Source: Vicugna vicugna | Lineage: Eukaryota | Assembly (NCBI GenBank): GCA_013265495.1 | Contig: MU058781.1 | Span: 1,778,963-1,842,962, forward strand | Direction of reading: 5' to 3' | DNA: 64,000 nucleotides | In this document: piece by piece, positions 46,561-59,429 of the stretch | Layout: every line of letters begins with the position of its first letter | How positions within the stretch are numbered: position 1 is the stretch's first letter | Translations under genes and position numbers: made by a program | The notes under the pieces: generated by a model | Database searches by the model: none | Told to the model about the DNA's origin: nothing | Seen by the model: the letters and a program-made list of their open reading frames with translations, nothing else

Positions 46561-49500
46561 CTGTAAATTTATTTTTCTTTCTAGGAGAGCAGTAATTTAT
46601 TGGGGAACTCAGTTCTGATTCTTATACTGTTAAAATAGTTATCCTCTGTGAGATAACATTTTGGGGGCACCCTATTCAGGACTGTAGAGTAGGAATTTGG
46701 GAATCCAGGAGCTGTCTTCTTGAAGAAGAGAAAGATTGGTCACTCCTTTTGTACAGGGGGACTTCACGCCCAAGGCATGCGTTGTGGAGGAAATACTTCA
46801 CAGACAGTTCCGTGACAAGGCCTCAGAGGTACTGGGTACTGAGGGAAAAAATGAAAGAGTGGGTGAAAATGCCTGCTTTACTATCAAGTGATTCTTGCCA
46901 GGTTCCCATGTTTGTCGTCGCTGAACTTTGGACTGGGCGTTTACTGGGAAAGAACCTTCCTGTTTAGTGTCTCCTGCTTTATACAAGAACGAATGGCAAA
47001 GCCAGCTGATGTTATTCATCCAAGTTCTTTTTATGTTTTAAACCTTTGTTTCTCAAGAACTAGCCATTACGGAATATCACCTCTATGATAAGTTGGTGTG
47101 TGATTTTGTTTGATACCTCATACTCCACGCCGATGGTTTTGTCTGTTGATTAACCGTTCACTTGCTCTGCCCCAAGGGGATGGACACCTCTGGTGTCATT
47201 GTAGCCCTTTGGATGTATTAAAAGGGAATTTATGTATAGGGCATGACTTTACTTTTAAATATTTGCTGGGGGAGGTCCCCGGCAGCTGAGAGTGGGCAGT
47301 CTTGCTGTCTTCGTTCTCTTACTGGATGCAGTGTTCTGTTTTTATGTGATTATACTGATTAACAGAGCAGTGACACAAGTTTCGAGCGTCGATTTTGATG
47401 CTTCGTACTAGTTAAATATCACATGAAAATGCTCATCAGTTAGAAGAAAAAATCTTTCTGTGTACTGGGAGGATATTTGAATTAGCTCTTTCGTAGTCAG
47501 ATATTTTGAGCCGTGGAGCCCGCTTTGTAGTGGATGTCTTAGGTTTAGATAAACTAAGCAGGCCAGTGAACCTCCTACTGTGTCAGTATTGAGAATGATG
47601 GTTGATATAACCCCCCAAGTCTGCAAGGGTCATCTACAAATTAATCCATGTAAAGGTGTACATGTTGGCATTATTTATGAATATTTATGCTTCATGGATG
47701 TCTTTTTAAAGAGTATTTTAAGGAATGTTCTGCTTAACTTGCTTGGGAAATATACCCAGAGCATATTAATAGCTTACACTATACCGTGTTTTAACTCTTA
47801 GAAAAGTAGAAATAAATCACTGATGGCCAATCTGAAAATTTTACACACTTTGTTTAAAGTGTTTTTCCGCCCTGCACTCGTCTTCCTCCAGTACCTCACA
47901 TAGTGCATATTTCTGAGGCCAGTAAGAGAGGCAAGAGAAATGGTTGTTAACACAAATACTTGTGTGGTAGCGTTTCTGTTCTTTTTCCTGTTGCAGTGCT
48001 TTTGTAGCTGACCTTATCAGAACTCGGCATAAGTGCGTTTTCAGTTTCTTAGTAGGAAATGGTCTGGCCTGTGGTCTATTTGAAAGCTTAGAAGGTTCTG
48101 AGCATTAAAAACACAAGTATTAGTCTTGTCTGAGTACTCGCAAACGTGATGGTGATGGTGATCAAGGATGCCATCTTTTGAGGATTAATTCTAATTAATC
48201 TGGTGGGTGCTTTTATTTCCTTCCCAACCAACTGTTTCCAAATCTTTTTCTTCTTTTGCCTTTTGTGAAACTTGCCTGTGTCAGATTTATTGGTAGCATT
48301 GCTGATTTCAAGGCCAAAAACACTAAATATTTGTATGGCACTGTTAAATAAGTTTTTTGATATTTACATAAAGCTAAAAACAGAATTCATCCAGTGGATT
48401 TTGTAGTGATGTTTTCATGGTGGAAACATAAATATGTCGTTCTGTGGTGGATAGCCAATTTTCCAGGCATGCTGACCCATTTCTTTAGATGCTATCAGAT
48501 TTAAAAACAGCTTCAAATTATTTTGCTGGAAGTTGGGAATATCTTAAGGAATGGTTTCATAAAGTAGGGCATTTTAAACCAAAACGTGTTGAAAGATTGG
48601 AAAGTAGTGCATTTTTACTTAATTTTTGAAATTATTTCAAGTTAACAATACAGTGTTTTTAAAGTCAGTTTTTCTTAAAAGGTATGTTTTAATGTAACAT
48701 GTAACCAACGTAACTTTAGCTTTTGACTGGTAAGCTTCCAGTGCTTTTATATTTCAGGTTGACTTTAAAAAGCCAATGAGCAGTTTTCAAAGGTTATGGA
48801 TTCCTAAGCAAATAGTGGGAATAGTATTTTGTTATGGAGTCTAGAATTAAAGCACCTTGTATTGTCTACATTTAAAGTATTCTATAGTTTTTAACTTAAA
48901 GCCTAAAGAGAACATTTTATCTTATATTAATAAAAATTACCTTTTCCATTTGTTACTATACACCTGCTGCCTGTTTTATGACCAGTGTTTACCCTCCAAG
49001 TCAGTTCTATGCATAACCGTTCACCAAATACTGCTGCTCTGGTTTCTTAAAGGAAACATTCTGTGCTATGCTATGATATTTTGTCACCTCGCTGCTTGAC
49101 AAATAGGTTTATAAGGAGTTAGAACTATGTGTGTTAACAGTACCTTTCTATAACCAGATGTAAAATTAGAGATGAATGTATGTACATGATTATTCACTGT
49201 TACTGTTTTAAAACTGGTCAACACTATATCTAAAGCTTCTGTGGTTTGTGTGATGTTTTAACTTTCACTCTAAACTGCACAGAATAAATGAAAATGGAAA
49301 CAGAAGTTGTGTATGTTTCATTGATAAAATATAAGAAGTCTGAAGGGTACCTTGGACATGAGGGATTTGAACACAGCCATTTCTCCCAGCGGTTCACTCT
49401 TCACCTCGATTGTCAAACTCTAAACATCTGTAAGAATTGAGACAAGACAGCAGTGTTCCTAGTGTCATGAAAGTAACTGACTTGGAACCTAAGGTCATAT

Positions 49501-49719
49501 ATCGTTTGAGCTAATTTACACTTACTGTGTTTAGCCTTTTTTCTTCTCATACTTTATCCAGTACCTTCAAGATTGTTTTGATAATCTGTTTACCCAAGAT
49601 CATGTCGCACATTTTGTTAGTATGAACCACCAGGAAGACTGAGTGAGGGAATCTGCCCAAAGCCCAGTAAAAAGATCAAGGGATGCCTTTGAAGCCCACT
49701 TGAGATAGGAGACCATCAG

Positions 49720-51500
49720 TTGCAGTGGCTGGGTGCCAGGTTTTGATTTTTCTTCAGCAGTGCTCAGATGGCAAGAATGTGGAATGGAAAAAGTGGACTG
49801 TGCCAGGGTCAGGCTTTGTAAGGTCGGAATGTCTAAAGGGCACAGCCATTCACGAGTGCTGGAGACTGGCCCTGGGATTTGGGCTCAGTTGTAAGAGAAG
49901 TCAGATCAGTCAGGCAATGATAAATCAGGTGAATGGGAAGGATGGAGATTGAAGAGAATTAAATGAGTACGACGTGTGTAATGGATAGAATAGGAAGTTG
50001 GGGGCGGGGGGCGAGACCAAGACTTTAGAGGGGAAGCAACCATAGAAAAGAACCTGAGAACTGGGGCGTGTTCTAGGGGATCGTGTGGACTGTCCGAGGG
50101 GCCACTAATACTTTGGAAGGATGGCCGGAGTTGGGATGGAAAAGATGACCATGACCTGGGGACTAGGTCAGGGACTTGGAAGACTGATCTTAAGGTCTGG
50201 GATGTCAGGTGACCCTTAAAAGGAGGAAGGAGTTTCCTGAAAATGAAGGAGGAATGTTCTTGGGGAGCTGCGAGGATGCTTTCCCTTCCTCCTGGTCCCT
50301 GTCCCCCTCCCCCGCACCCCCCCCCCCGGCAACCCTACAAGCCAGAGATGTTTCTGAAGAACTTTGTTGGGGAAAGGGGGAGGGGAAAGGAGGGAAGGCA
50401 ACAGAAGCTTCTCTAAGAATCTTAGGAGGAGCAGCAGTTTCCAGGTAGATGGGAAGAGGATTCTGGACAGAAGAAGGGGCATGTGCAGAGTTGGGGCTGA
50501 GGGAAGGTGCCTGGCTTGGAGAGCCCTCAATAGCTGATTACTCCTGGAGTAGAGAGTGATTATGGGCTACAACATTTTGAAGCTGGAGAAGTAGGAAAGA
50601 TCTCGGTCTTCGAAGACCTTGTGTGCAGTGTCAGTGGCTTTACCACTGAGGGGCTGCTCTTGGGGGCACCCGGACTAAGCACAGACGGCTCAGAGAGCTC
50701 ATGCCGACGGCAGCAGGGAGGTCTGATTCGGAGACACAGAGGAAGCAGGTGCAGAAACAGAAAGCTGGTGGCAGGCTTGAAAGGACTGACAGCCGTGGGG
50801 AGTTTGAGCACGTGAAGAATCCACAGGACTTAAGACTGGGTTGTGGAAGCTTGTGACGGAGGAGAAGTGAAGGATGACTTCAGTGTTTGAGATGGACAGC
50901 GTTGAGGGATGTGGGAAGAAGTAGGCTTGAGGTCGGCCGAAGGGAGGTGGAAGGTGAGAATGCAGTTTTGGGCACACCTGTTCGACTCTGAGGTGCTTAT
51001 AGGCCAGTCGGTGGACAGGAACACTAAACAGTTGTCAAAACAGCACGAGGGCCATGGCTGAAACACTCAGTGATCGTCAGTGTGAGAATGCCACTGAAAC
51101 TGTCGGCAAAAACAGGATCTGCTAGGGGAGAGGCCAGAATAAAAAGGAGTGTCAGTATTCAAAAGGCTGGTAAAAGGAAAAGAGGTCAGGAGGGACACTG
51201 AGAAGGACGGGTGAGAGAACCAGGAACACACCCTGAAACAGGCAGTATGCGAGGGGCAACACGGAGAAAGAGCAAGTGTTAATCTGATATATAGCAAAGA
51301 CTGATGCTGCTCAGATCTGATTATTAAGAAATTGTGGCAGCTTGATTCTTGCAGGCATCCATGCAGAAGAAGATGTGGATCTCTGCAAGGTGACAGTGGG
51401 GACAAATTGAGTAGATATTGACAGGAGTCCATTGGACAGGGTTTGGTGACTGATTAGATATGGGAGGTGAAGGGCAAGGATGAATCATTGATGGAGGGCT
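49720..51500 (+). mobile_element. Degraded L2 fragments
   Basis: gaagtgaaggatgacttcagtgttt..tgcagttttgggcacacctgtt..gaggtgcttatagg; ggacagggtttggtgactgattagatatggga. Confidence 0.5.
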
Positions 51501-52294
51501 GACGGAGGATGTGGGTGGAACCTGTCTGAGGGGACAAGTCCTAGTACGTGTAAGACCAATGGAAGTGGCTGCTCTGAGGATGAAGTTCAGGACCACTGAG
51601 TTCCTACCCAAATGCTGTAACTTGATAGTTGGCAGTTTATTTAACCTCTCTATTCTGATACTGTGTAGGGTTGTTGTAAGGAGTAAATCTGTAAAAACAC
51701 CTGTTAAGCATATCCCTTAATGTACAGTAAGCAACCCTTTCTCCCCGCTTCTTTCCTGAATTCTCACTCACCTTTGTAACCGAGGAAGGCTCCTGATGAC
51801 AGCTGGGCCCAGGAGCTGGTCAGTTCACTGAAAAAGTCAGTTGAAATGGGGAGTCCCCAGAACATGCACATTCTTCCTTACTCTCTTTTGAGGAAGGCCA
51901 AGGCTTTTTTTCACTGAATATAGAACCATTGGAGTTCAATGTCACTTTTCTTTGCCAGTCAGACCTATGATTTGGTGATCTTTAGCTTTGTTCACTTAAA
52001 ATTGGAACAAGAATGGAACCGTACAGAGCAAAGATTTTTACTGTAGTATTTTTCTCTCTCTTACAGTTGCCTCACTTTTAGCATCAAGATTTTTAGCATC
52101 TTGCCTTTATCACGGTTTTCTAAAACGTTCAACTACATTTTCATAGAAACAGCAAGCCTTTCCGCACACTTATATTTCATTGTAATATTTAATTATGTAA
52201 TTATAATATCAGAGACAATTGAAATAAGCAGGCTTGGGAACCATTTTGGTTAGACAAGTCATTTGGTGAGAAAACTGTGAGCATACAAGATACT

Positions 52295-52880
52295 AATTTT
52301 CTATTTTACTTATTTATATTGACGTATAGAGTTGACTTACAATATTGTGTTAGTTTCTGGTGCACAGCACAGTGATTCAGTTATACATATATACATATAT
52401 TCTTTTCATATTATCTTTTATTATAGGTTTTTACAGGGTATTGAATATAGTCCCCTGTGCTATATGGTAGGACCTTGTTGTTTACTTTATATACAGCAGT
52501 GTATATCTGCTAATCCTAAACTCCTAATTTATAGCCCTCCTTTCCCTTTGGTAACCATAAGTTTGTTTTCTATGTCTGTGAGTATGTTTCTGTTTTGTAA
52601 ATAAGTTCATTTGTATCATTTTTTAGATTCCATGTGTAAGTGGTGTCATATGGTATTTGTCTTTCTGTCTGACTTCACTTAGTATGATAATCTCTAGGTT
52701 CATCCATGTTGCTGCAAATGGCATTATTTCATTCTTTTTTATGGCTGAGTAGTATTCCATTATATGTAATTATATATATAAAAAATAGATATATCCAATC
52801 GTCTCTGTTGATGGACTCTTAGGTTGCTTCCATATCTTTGCTATAATAAATAGTGCTGCTGTGAATATTGGGGTGCATGT
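52295..52880 (-). mobile_element. L1 3' end (5'-truncated), target of an ERV LTR insertion
   Basis: gttgacttacaatattgtgttagtttctggtgcacagc..catccatgttgctgcaaatggcattatttcattcttttttatggctgagtagtattccatt. Confidence 0.88.
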
Positions 52881-53643
52881 TGTGGGTTCGTCACCACCGA
52901 AACAGAATTAATTACTCAAGACTTTGTGGAAAAGTCAAGAGAGTGAGAGGGAGTCGGGAGCCAACTCCACGAGCCTCTCAAATGCCCCCACATTTATTGC
53001 GTAGGATCAAAGGAGAAATCACTGACAACTGTGTGATGGAATGCAGGAATTTAGAGAAAGACAGGGTGGGATCTAGATTGTAGAGTCTGGCTCAAGGTCA
53101 GAAGACCCTTGATGTTTTGGTAAGTCATGTTTGTGTTGACATCAGCGAGTCTTACAGCTTATCACGGCGGAACGTCTGAGAAGAAGCTGCTTGACATTTT
53201 TCTTGGACTCGGGCGACTGTGCCTGTCTTAGGCTGCCCCCCTCTGGGGGTCTTACCCGCCATTGGCTAACCAGCCTTCTCACTGTGAGTCTGCAGCTTTT
53301 ATAACTTGTTTACCATTCCAGCCCAAGGCTCCTTCCTTTAGGGGCCTACAGTTTACCTTTAGGGAAGTCATGGGAAGAGGGGAGAAAGATACATTCTTAT
53401 AGATATGTTAAAGCAGACCACCAGCCCAGCCAGCTCCTTGCTTTGGGGACAGAAGACTATCTAACAGCAGGCACGCCCAGCACTTGTAGCCTAGGGCCTG
53501 GGTCGTTGCTTTGCAAGGAGCAGAGTGCTATCTAAAACCTTAACTATGCAAGCAAGGCAGTTACTAAGCACATTTGCTCTTCTTTAAGGAGACAAGGGGC
53601 TGGGGTCTGTTACAATTTGTTAACCCAATCATGGGCTCCCACA
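52881..53643 (-). mobile_element. ERV2/betaretrovirus-like solo LTR (763 bp)
   Basis: Termini TGTGGG..CCCACA; perfect 6-bp TSD GCATGT (52875-52880, 53644-53649); minus-strand AATAAA (52993-52998) and TATAAAA (~53297-53303). Confidence 0.85.
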
Positions 53644-54694
53644 GCATGTATCCCAGAAATGGGACTAATCCTCTATTCTTAATGAGGTACCCCACCAAGG
53701 CGGGGACTGTGCATCTCAGTTCACAGAGCAAAGTGAAGCCTGGAGTCTGCTTACCCTCCCTGGAGCCTTCATACCTGTCTGTGTCTCTTCTGACCCTCTC
53801 CGTCCCTCCTGCATCAGAGGACAGACCCCTCTGCCTCTCTGAAGGGAATTTTGCCTCCTGTGCTTTGGGTCCTTGTCTACCTTTTTAGCAAATTAACACC
53901 GTCAATGATTTCTTCTCTATACTCACTCTTTCTCTCTCTCTCTCTCTCAACTGGGTCATTCTCTTCAACATTTAAACATACTCAATAAACATACTCTTAT
54001 CTTGAAAGAAAGAAAGAAGGGACTCATCATCTCTGTCTCCTCAGCTGCCGGCCGCCCTTCCCTATCTACTGCACACCAGACTTCCTCAAGCAGGTGCCTC
54101 CCTGATCTTGGTACAAAATCTGAAGGACATTTTCCAGTCTTCAACTTTGCCTGACTTCCCGGCAGCATTTGTGTGGTTGCTCATCCCTTCCTTGTTCCTT
54201 AAAACATTCATCTGCTTTGACTTTAATGACACTAAATTCTGGCTTTACTGGTTTTAGTCCTGGCTGGGCACACCTTCCTCTCTTTTGCAGGCTTATGGGG
54301 CAGTGAAGTGTCAGAGGTCCTTTGGGCTGGGTTCCAGCCCCCTCTTCCCTCTGCTGTCTCCTCTGGCAATCCCGATCGTGACTTCACCTGCCAGCTCTTC
54401 ACCAGTGGGGCCACATTCCAGTCTCTTAAGCCAGTACCATCTCAGAATCTCCTCTGGCTTGTCTTAACTGTGGTCACACCAGCACCTGCAGGGTCTCATT
54501 TATTATCCCCTCCGAACCAGTGTCATGCCAGTGTCCCTGCTGTGCCTTGCTTAAGTGGACAACCTAAGTGTCTCTCTTTGCCTCTCTTTCAGGTCCCATA
54601 TTCAACACATCAAGTCTTGTTGATTTTACTTCTGAAATCGTTCTTGAAACCTCCACTTTTCTCCACTTTCTTATTACCATCTGTAGGCAATGAA

Positions 54695-54850
54695 GTGTAG
54701 TTGTCACGAGGGTGGCCTTTGGAACTAGACTTCTGTTGCCTCACTTTTCATCTGTAAAATGCGTGTAATAATAGTACCTATCTCACGGTTTCTGTAAAGA
54801 TTAGATGCGTGAACATATATGAAGTGATGAGAATAGTGGCCAGTGTGTGG
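54695..54850 (+). mobile_element. MIR remnant within L2 fragments
   Basis: cctcacttttcatctgtaaaatgcgtgtaataatagtacctatctcacgg..aagattagatg. Confidence 0.7.
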
Positions 54851-55683
54851 GGTATCCCTGCTCCCCTCAGGGATACCGTGGCAGGCGTCTCAGATCCGTT
54901 GCAACCCCCTCCAGTCTTTTCTCCTCCTCGTCACCAGAATGCTCCTTTTGAAACTCAAATAGGACCCTGTTGGCTCCTTGCTTATATTGTGTGAGTGGTC
55001 TCCCACTGCTCCTGGAGCAGAGGTGGGAAATCCTTTACATGCCCAGGGACCTGCTCCAGGATGTCATTCACCAACCTGTCCAGCCTCATCTTGGACCACA
55101 GCCCTCTCCCCACTACACAAATAGGCGACACTCCCCTGCACCCTGTCACGGGGTCCCTGCACTGGCTCTTCCCCCTGCTCCACCCCAGCCTCCCCCCCCT
55201 TCTCCTAGTCATTCTTCAGATTGCAGCCCAAAGTCACTTTCTCAGGGAAGCATCTTTGAACTCCACCCCCGACCCCTTTCCAGGCAGTGCCTTTGTTTCA
55301 TACAATAGTCCTCCTCTCCTTCAGACAAGAATTAAACACTTCTTGGTGGAGTTGTTTGATGAAGCACCATCATTCTCTCTGTTGAATTAACTAGTGTATC
55401 AGTATAAAGCAGAACTTACATCAAAATAACATTGTAACCCGCAAACTGCATATATTCAATCTTTTGGTTGGAATCTGAGTCTAATCTGAGAGGCTTAATT
55501 CCTGCCTTATCAGCATCTCCTGAACATGTTTACCGTCTTCTTTAATCAGCAAACACAAAAGTATATGTTAATGAGATGCTTATTTTGCAAGCCTTTAATT
55601 TTTTCTGTGTAGCCTGCGTCCATTACTCCAGCCCTTCTAAAAAGCTCCAAAGATGCTGTCAGAAACTGTCAGGACAGCAGCTT

Positions 55684-55702
55684 TGACCACAAGATGGCAG
55701 CA
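55684..55702 (+). promoter_or_regulatory. Candidate CTCF site
   Basis: TGACCACAAGATGGCAGCA matches the CTCF core (CCAC.AGATGGCAG) and overlaps a YY1-like AAGATGGC. Confidence 0.5.
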
Positions 55703-57609
55703 GATTCCAAGAATTAGCAGGTGAGCCTTGCTATTCCAGTTAGGGGTGTGTTCCTTTAAAAGGCTATTGATGGCTTTGGTAATTATATGGTGCCCTGTTT
55801 GGCATCATAGGTATTTAGCCTAATCCTCTTTACCTAAAGCAGCTAGTCATTGATCAAACTGGAAGGGGCGAGGGGATTATTCATCACTGGGCCAGGACAG
55901 CTATAAACCAGGGCTGTTCTGGCCACCCCAGGACAGCCCTTCGCTCCATCTAAAGCTGACTGAGCCAGACAAGAGTATTTACGGTCCCTCTGATTCCTAC
56001 CGATGAGGGCTTGAAGTCAGAGAAAGAGGAGCCCTCCCAAACGGCGTCTGAACGCCGCCTCCAAGTGTACGACTCCAGAAAATCAGTCCGTTTCAGAAGA
56101 TGAGTGCTGAGAGGTTGTGTCTACTTGTGGGAGCAGGATCCTTGCCTTGGGCGAGATGTCACAGAATAGTGAGGAGAATGTGTTGACAGATAGTGCTTTT
56201 GATTTGCAAAGTCCTTTTTAATATATTGCCTTCCTCCAACCCAACAGCCGGGACAGCCGGGTGAGGCGTGAGGAAGGCAGGGAAAATGATACCTCTCCGA
56301 TGAAGAAATCAAGGTTCAAGGGGGAAAAGCAGCTTGGCCGTGGACGTGATAGTGCCAACCCCTTGTTGCCTAGAGAAGGGAAATAATTTCTTTTTTATTT
56401 AAAGCGTCCAAATCATCTTATGTCATTCAACACAAAGGAAAATAAGTACACGATCCAATGCAGACACAAGATGCAGGCCTGACTCAAATGAGCACGCATG
56501 GTGGGATAAACTAATGGAGAAAGTCGCAGTGTTCTTTCCTTTTGTTTCCTTCGAGCCCCACTAACGGCATCCGGCCTGTGTGTCCTGTAGTGCTGGTCCT
56601 CCCTTACTCCAGGAGGGGCTCAGCAGGTTGGGCTCAGTGGGGTTCTAAACCCGATCATCCAACAGTGAGGACTTGCAACATGTCGGGAGGGAAGGGACAC
56701 TTGGGGAAAGTGACCTAGTGGCCTGCGGGGCAGGCAGTTGGGTTCCCAAGGACTGAAAGCAGAACCTGCATCCTGTTCTCACAGCAATGTGAGGTGGCAG
56801 GCCTTGGGGCGGGGGTGACCTGTGGGTACCGGGGATCCGAAAGCTAAGCTCTGGCTTTGGAAAGTGCAGCCAGGTTTTCTGGGACCACACCAGGCCCAGG
56901 GAGTGATGCTGTGAGTGGATCTCACGGGGCCTGACGGTGAGCATCTCAAAGGCAGCCCTGATGGACTGGAGAGCAAAGGCTTTTGCTGACTTTCCTGGAT
57001 TGTGTAGGAGCCTGTGGGCTGTCAGCAAGTGAGATGGGTTGGCCAGTAATGACTAACAGCGAATGTCTCACTAACCGTGGAGGAGAGGCTCAGAGTCACA
57101 GTTAATTTGATTTAGACAAAACAATGCAAAACAAAACACAAGTCTTGCATGGAGACTTGTCAAGTTAATTCATACTCACTAATGATTACACATAAAAACA
57201 AGCTCTTAGAGCTCCTGCCCAGACCTTTCCAGGAAAAGAAACCCGAGAGCCGGGCCCTTCTTGCCTTCCTCCTTCCCATCTTGCATGCTGGGCCCTCTGG
57301 TGGAGCTGAGCGCCGGGACCTCCTCTCACCTTGAATTCCCCCTCAAGAGCCCCATGCCCGCAGCCTTCGCTGTACCCCCACCCCCTTGCTCCTGCGGCTT
57401 TGTGCTGGTACCTCAGGCAGAGCACGTCCTGCTTACCTGTGCTGCTGACTCAGTGCCCTCGCTTCGCAGTCACCTGGGTGCTAAATGCAAGCTTTGGGAC
57501 GGTCTTTATTTCAGCGGATTGACTCAGAATCTCAGGCAGGTGAGCACTAAAATCTGAGTTTTTAACACTTTTCCTCCCAGGTGATTCTGATCCTTTGTTG
57601 TTGTTACCC

Positions 57610-58053
57610 ACCAGCACTGGGTTGAACAGCACCCCTCCAAAATTCCTGTCCACCTGGGACATGTAAATAGGGCCTTCTTTGGAAATAGGATCTTTGCAGG
57701 CTAACCTGAGGTCATTCTGGATGAGGTTGGGCCCTGATCCAGTGACTGGTGTCCTTGGAAGAAAAAGGAGGTTCAGACACAGGGAGGCAGTGCTGTGTGA
57801 GGGTGGAGGCCAGGACTGGACGGCAGTCTTGGGCACCTAGAAGCCCAAGAACGCCAAGGATTGCCGCCAGCTACCGGGAGCTGGGAGAGCGGCATGGGAC
57901 GGATGCTCCCTCCCAGCCTCCAAGTAGCAATCAAGCCTGCCGACACCTGGTCCCCGTCTCCTGGCCTCGGGACTGAGAGAATGCGTACATTTGTGCCATT
58001 TCCAGCCTCTCAGTTTATATAACCTTGTTTCTGCAGCCCTAGGAAACAAACAC
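57610..58053 (+). mobile_element. MaLR LTR (MLT1B/C-like)
   Basis: ttctttggaaataggatctttgcag..ggccctgatccagtgactggtgtcctt..gcagccctaggaaacaaaca. Confidence 0.8.
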
Positions 58054-58159
58054 CCCCGCCCCCCCCCCCATTTTTTTAAACCTATTGTCTAAAGTTATTT
58101 TTATTTCTCCTTTTTCTCTACAGGAAGTTATACTTCCTATTCACATCGCTTTCCTGTTC

Positions 58160-58530
58160 TGGTGCACACACGCCCACGTTTTAGCGGTCCGGTGGTTGAC
58201 CCCTTTGGGGCTATTCCCTACCTCGAGTGTCTTCGGGAGGCTGAGCCTCGCGCTCTCTCTCTCCCCGTGCAGCTTTCCTGGGCTAGCGCGTCACCCAGGG
58301 TGGGAGCTCGTGCCCCGGGGAGGGCGCCCTCGCTCGGGGTCAGCGGTGGCGGCTGCCGCGGAGCGGTGCGGTTCTCCCGGCGGCTCCGGCGGCGGCTCCA
58401 GGGCGGCGGTGTGATGCCCCGGAGCCGGCGGCGCGCGCTGCGAGGGCAGCTGGGCTCGGCCCGAGCCCGGCGTGGGTCCCGGCGGCGCTGCCCTGGAGCT
58501 CGAGGCTAGCCCTTCCTGAGATCGGCAAGC
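58160..58530. promoter_or_regulatory. Orphan CpG-rich island with no associated coding exon
   Basis: Dense CpG and GGC repeats over ~370 bp in an otherwise CpG-depleted region. Confidence 0.55.
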
Positions 58531-59429
58531 TACCGATGGCCTCTGAATTCATCTCTTTCCTCCTTTCATCAGCACCAGGTGGTTTCTGCTGCCAGTGACT
58601 AAAAAGTCCAGTTGTTGGACGTTGGACGTTTGTTTTCCTTTTTCTCTTTTCTGTTATTGTTGAACATGCATCCTTGTTTTAAATCTAAAGACGGTAGTGT
58701 TCCCTTGTCAATGCCAGGACCTTATGGGGTAGTAAGTGTTCTGCTTTATCCATCTTTCATCTTATTAGGGTTGAGAACTTTTGTTCTACCTTAATTTTAA
58801 TCAAGTAATTATTAGTGATTAACTAATCACTATTACTATAGTCTTGAGAGTTTGTGCTTCTTCAGTTAAACCAACGTATTTATGGATTTCTTTGCTCTCC
58901 ATTGTTCCTTGTAGTCCAGCTCTTCCCTCTGCCTTCAGTTTCCTTTTCACCAGAGTACATCCTTTAGCAGTTCATTTGGTGAAGGTTGTCACCTGGTGAC
59001 CTTCATTCAGTCTTTGCCTTGCCCTCGCCCGTGAGATGAGCCTGGATATAGAATTTTAGATCGCAGCAATTTTTCCTTAGCACTTTGAAGTTATTATTCC
59101 TTGTTTTCTGGCCCATATTGTTGCTGATGAGAAATTAGGAAAGCTGTCAATTATGGCCCCTTTGTGAGCTCTGCGCACCCCCTCCACCCCCAACTGTAAC
59201 ACACACATTGGTTACTTTGCCATCCTACTGGTCTACCACCATGTTTCTAGGGGTAGATTGGTTTTGTTAAAGTTGTCTGGGAGTTGTGGTGCTTCTTAGG
59301 TCTTTCTGGAAAATTCTCAGTTGTTGTTTTGAAATTTTTTTGACCTAATAAAATTGTATGTCTATCTGTGTGTGTGTGTGTGTTTCAGTCCAAAACCCAG
59401 CTTCTTATTTGATTGTCAGATGTCAAACA

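Larger units (their letters stand above)
45284..49310 (+). other. SMIM13: SMIM13 long 3'UTR (inferred), distal polyA signal AATAAA at 49283-49288
   Basis: AT-rich, repeat-poor sequence ending in AATAAA followed by a GT-rich element (gttgtgtatgttt); length similar to the ~4-kb human last exon as I recall it. Confidence 0.65.
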
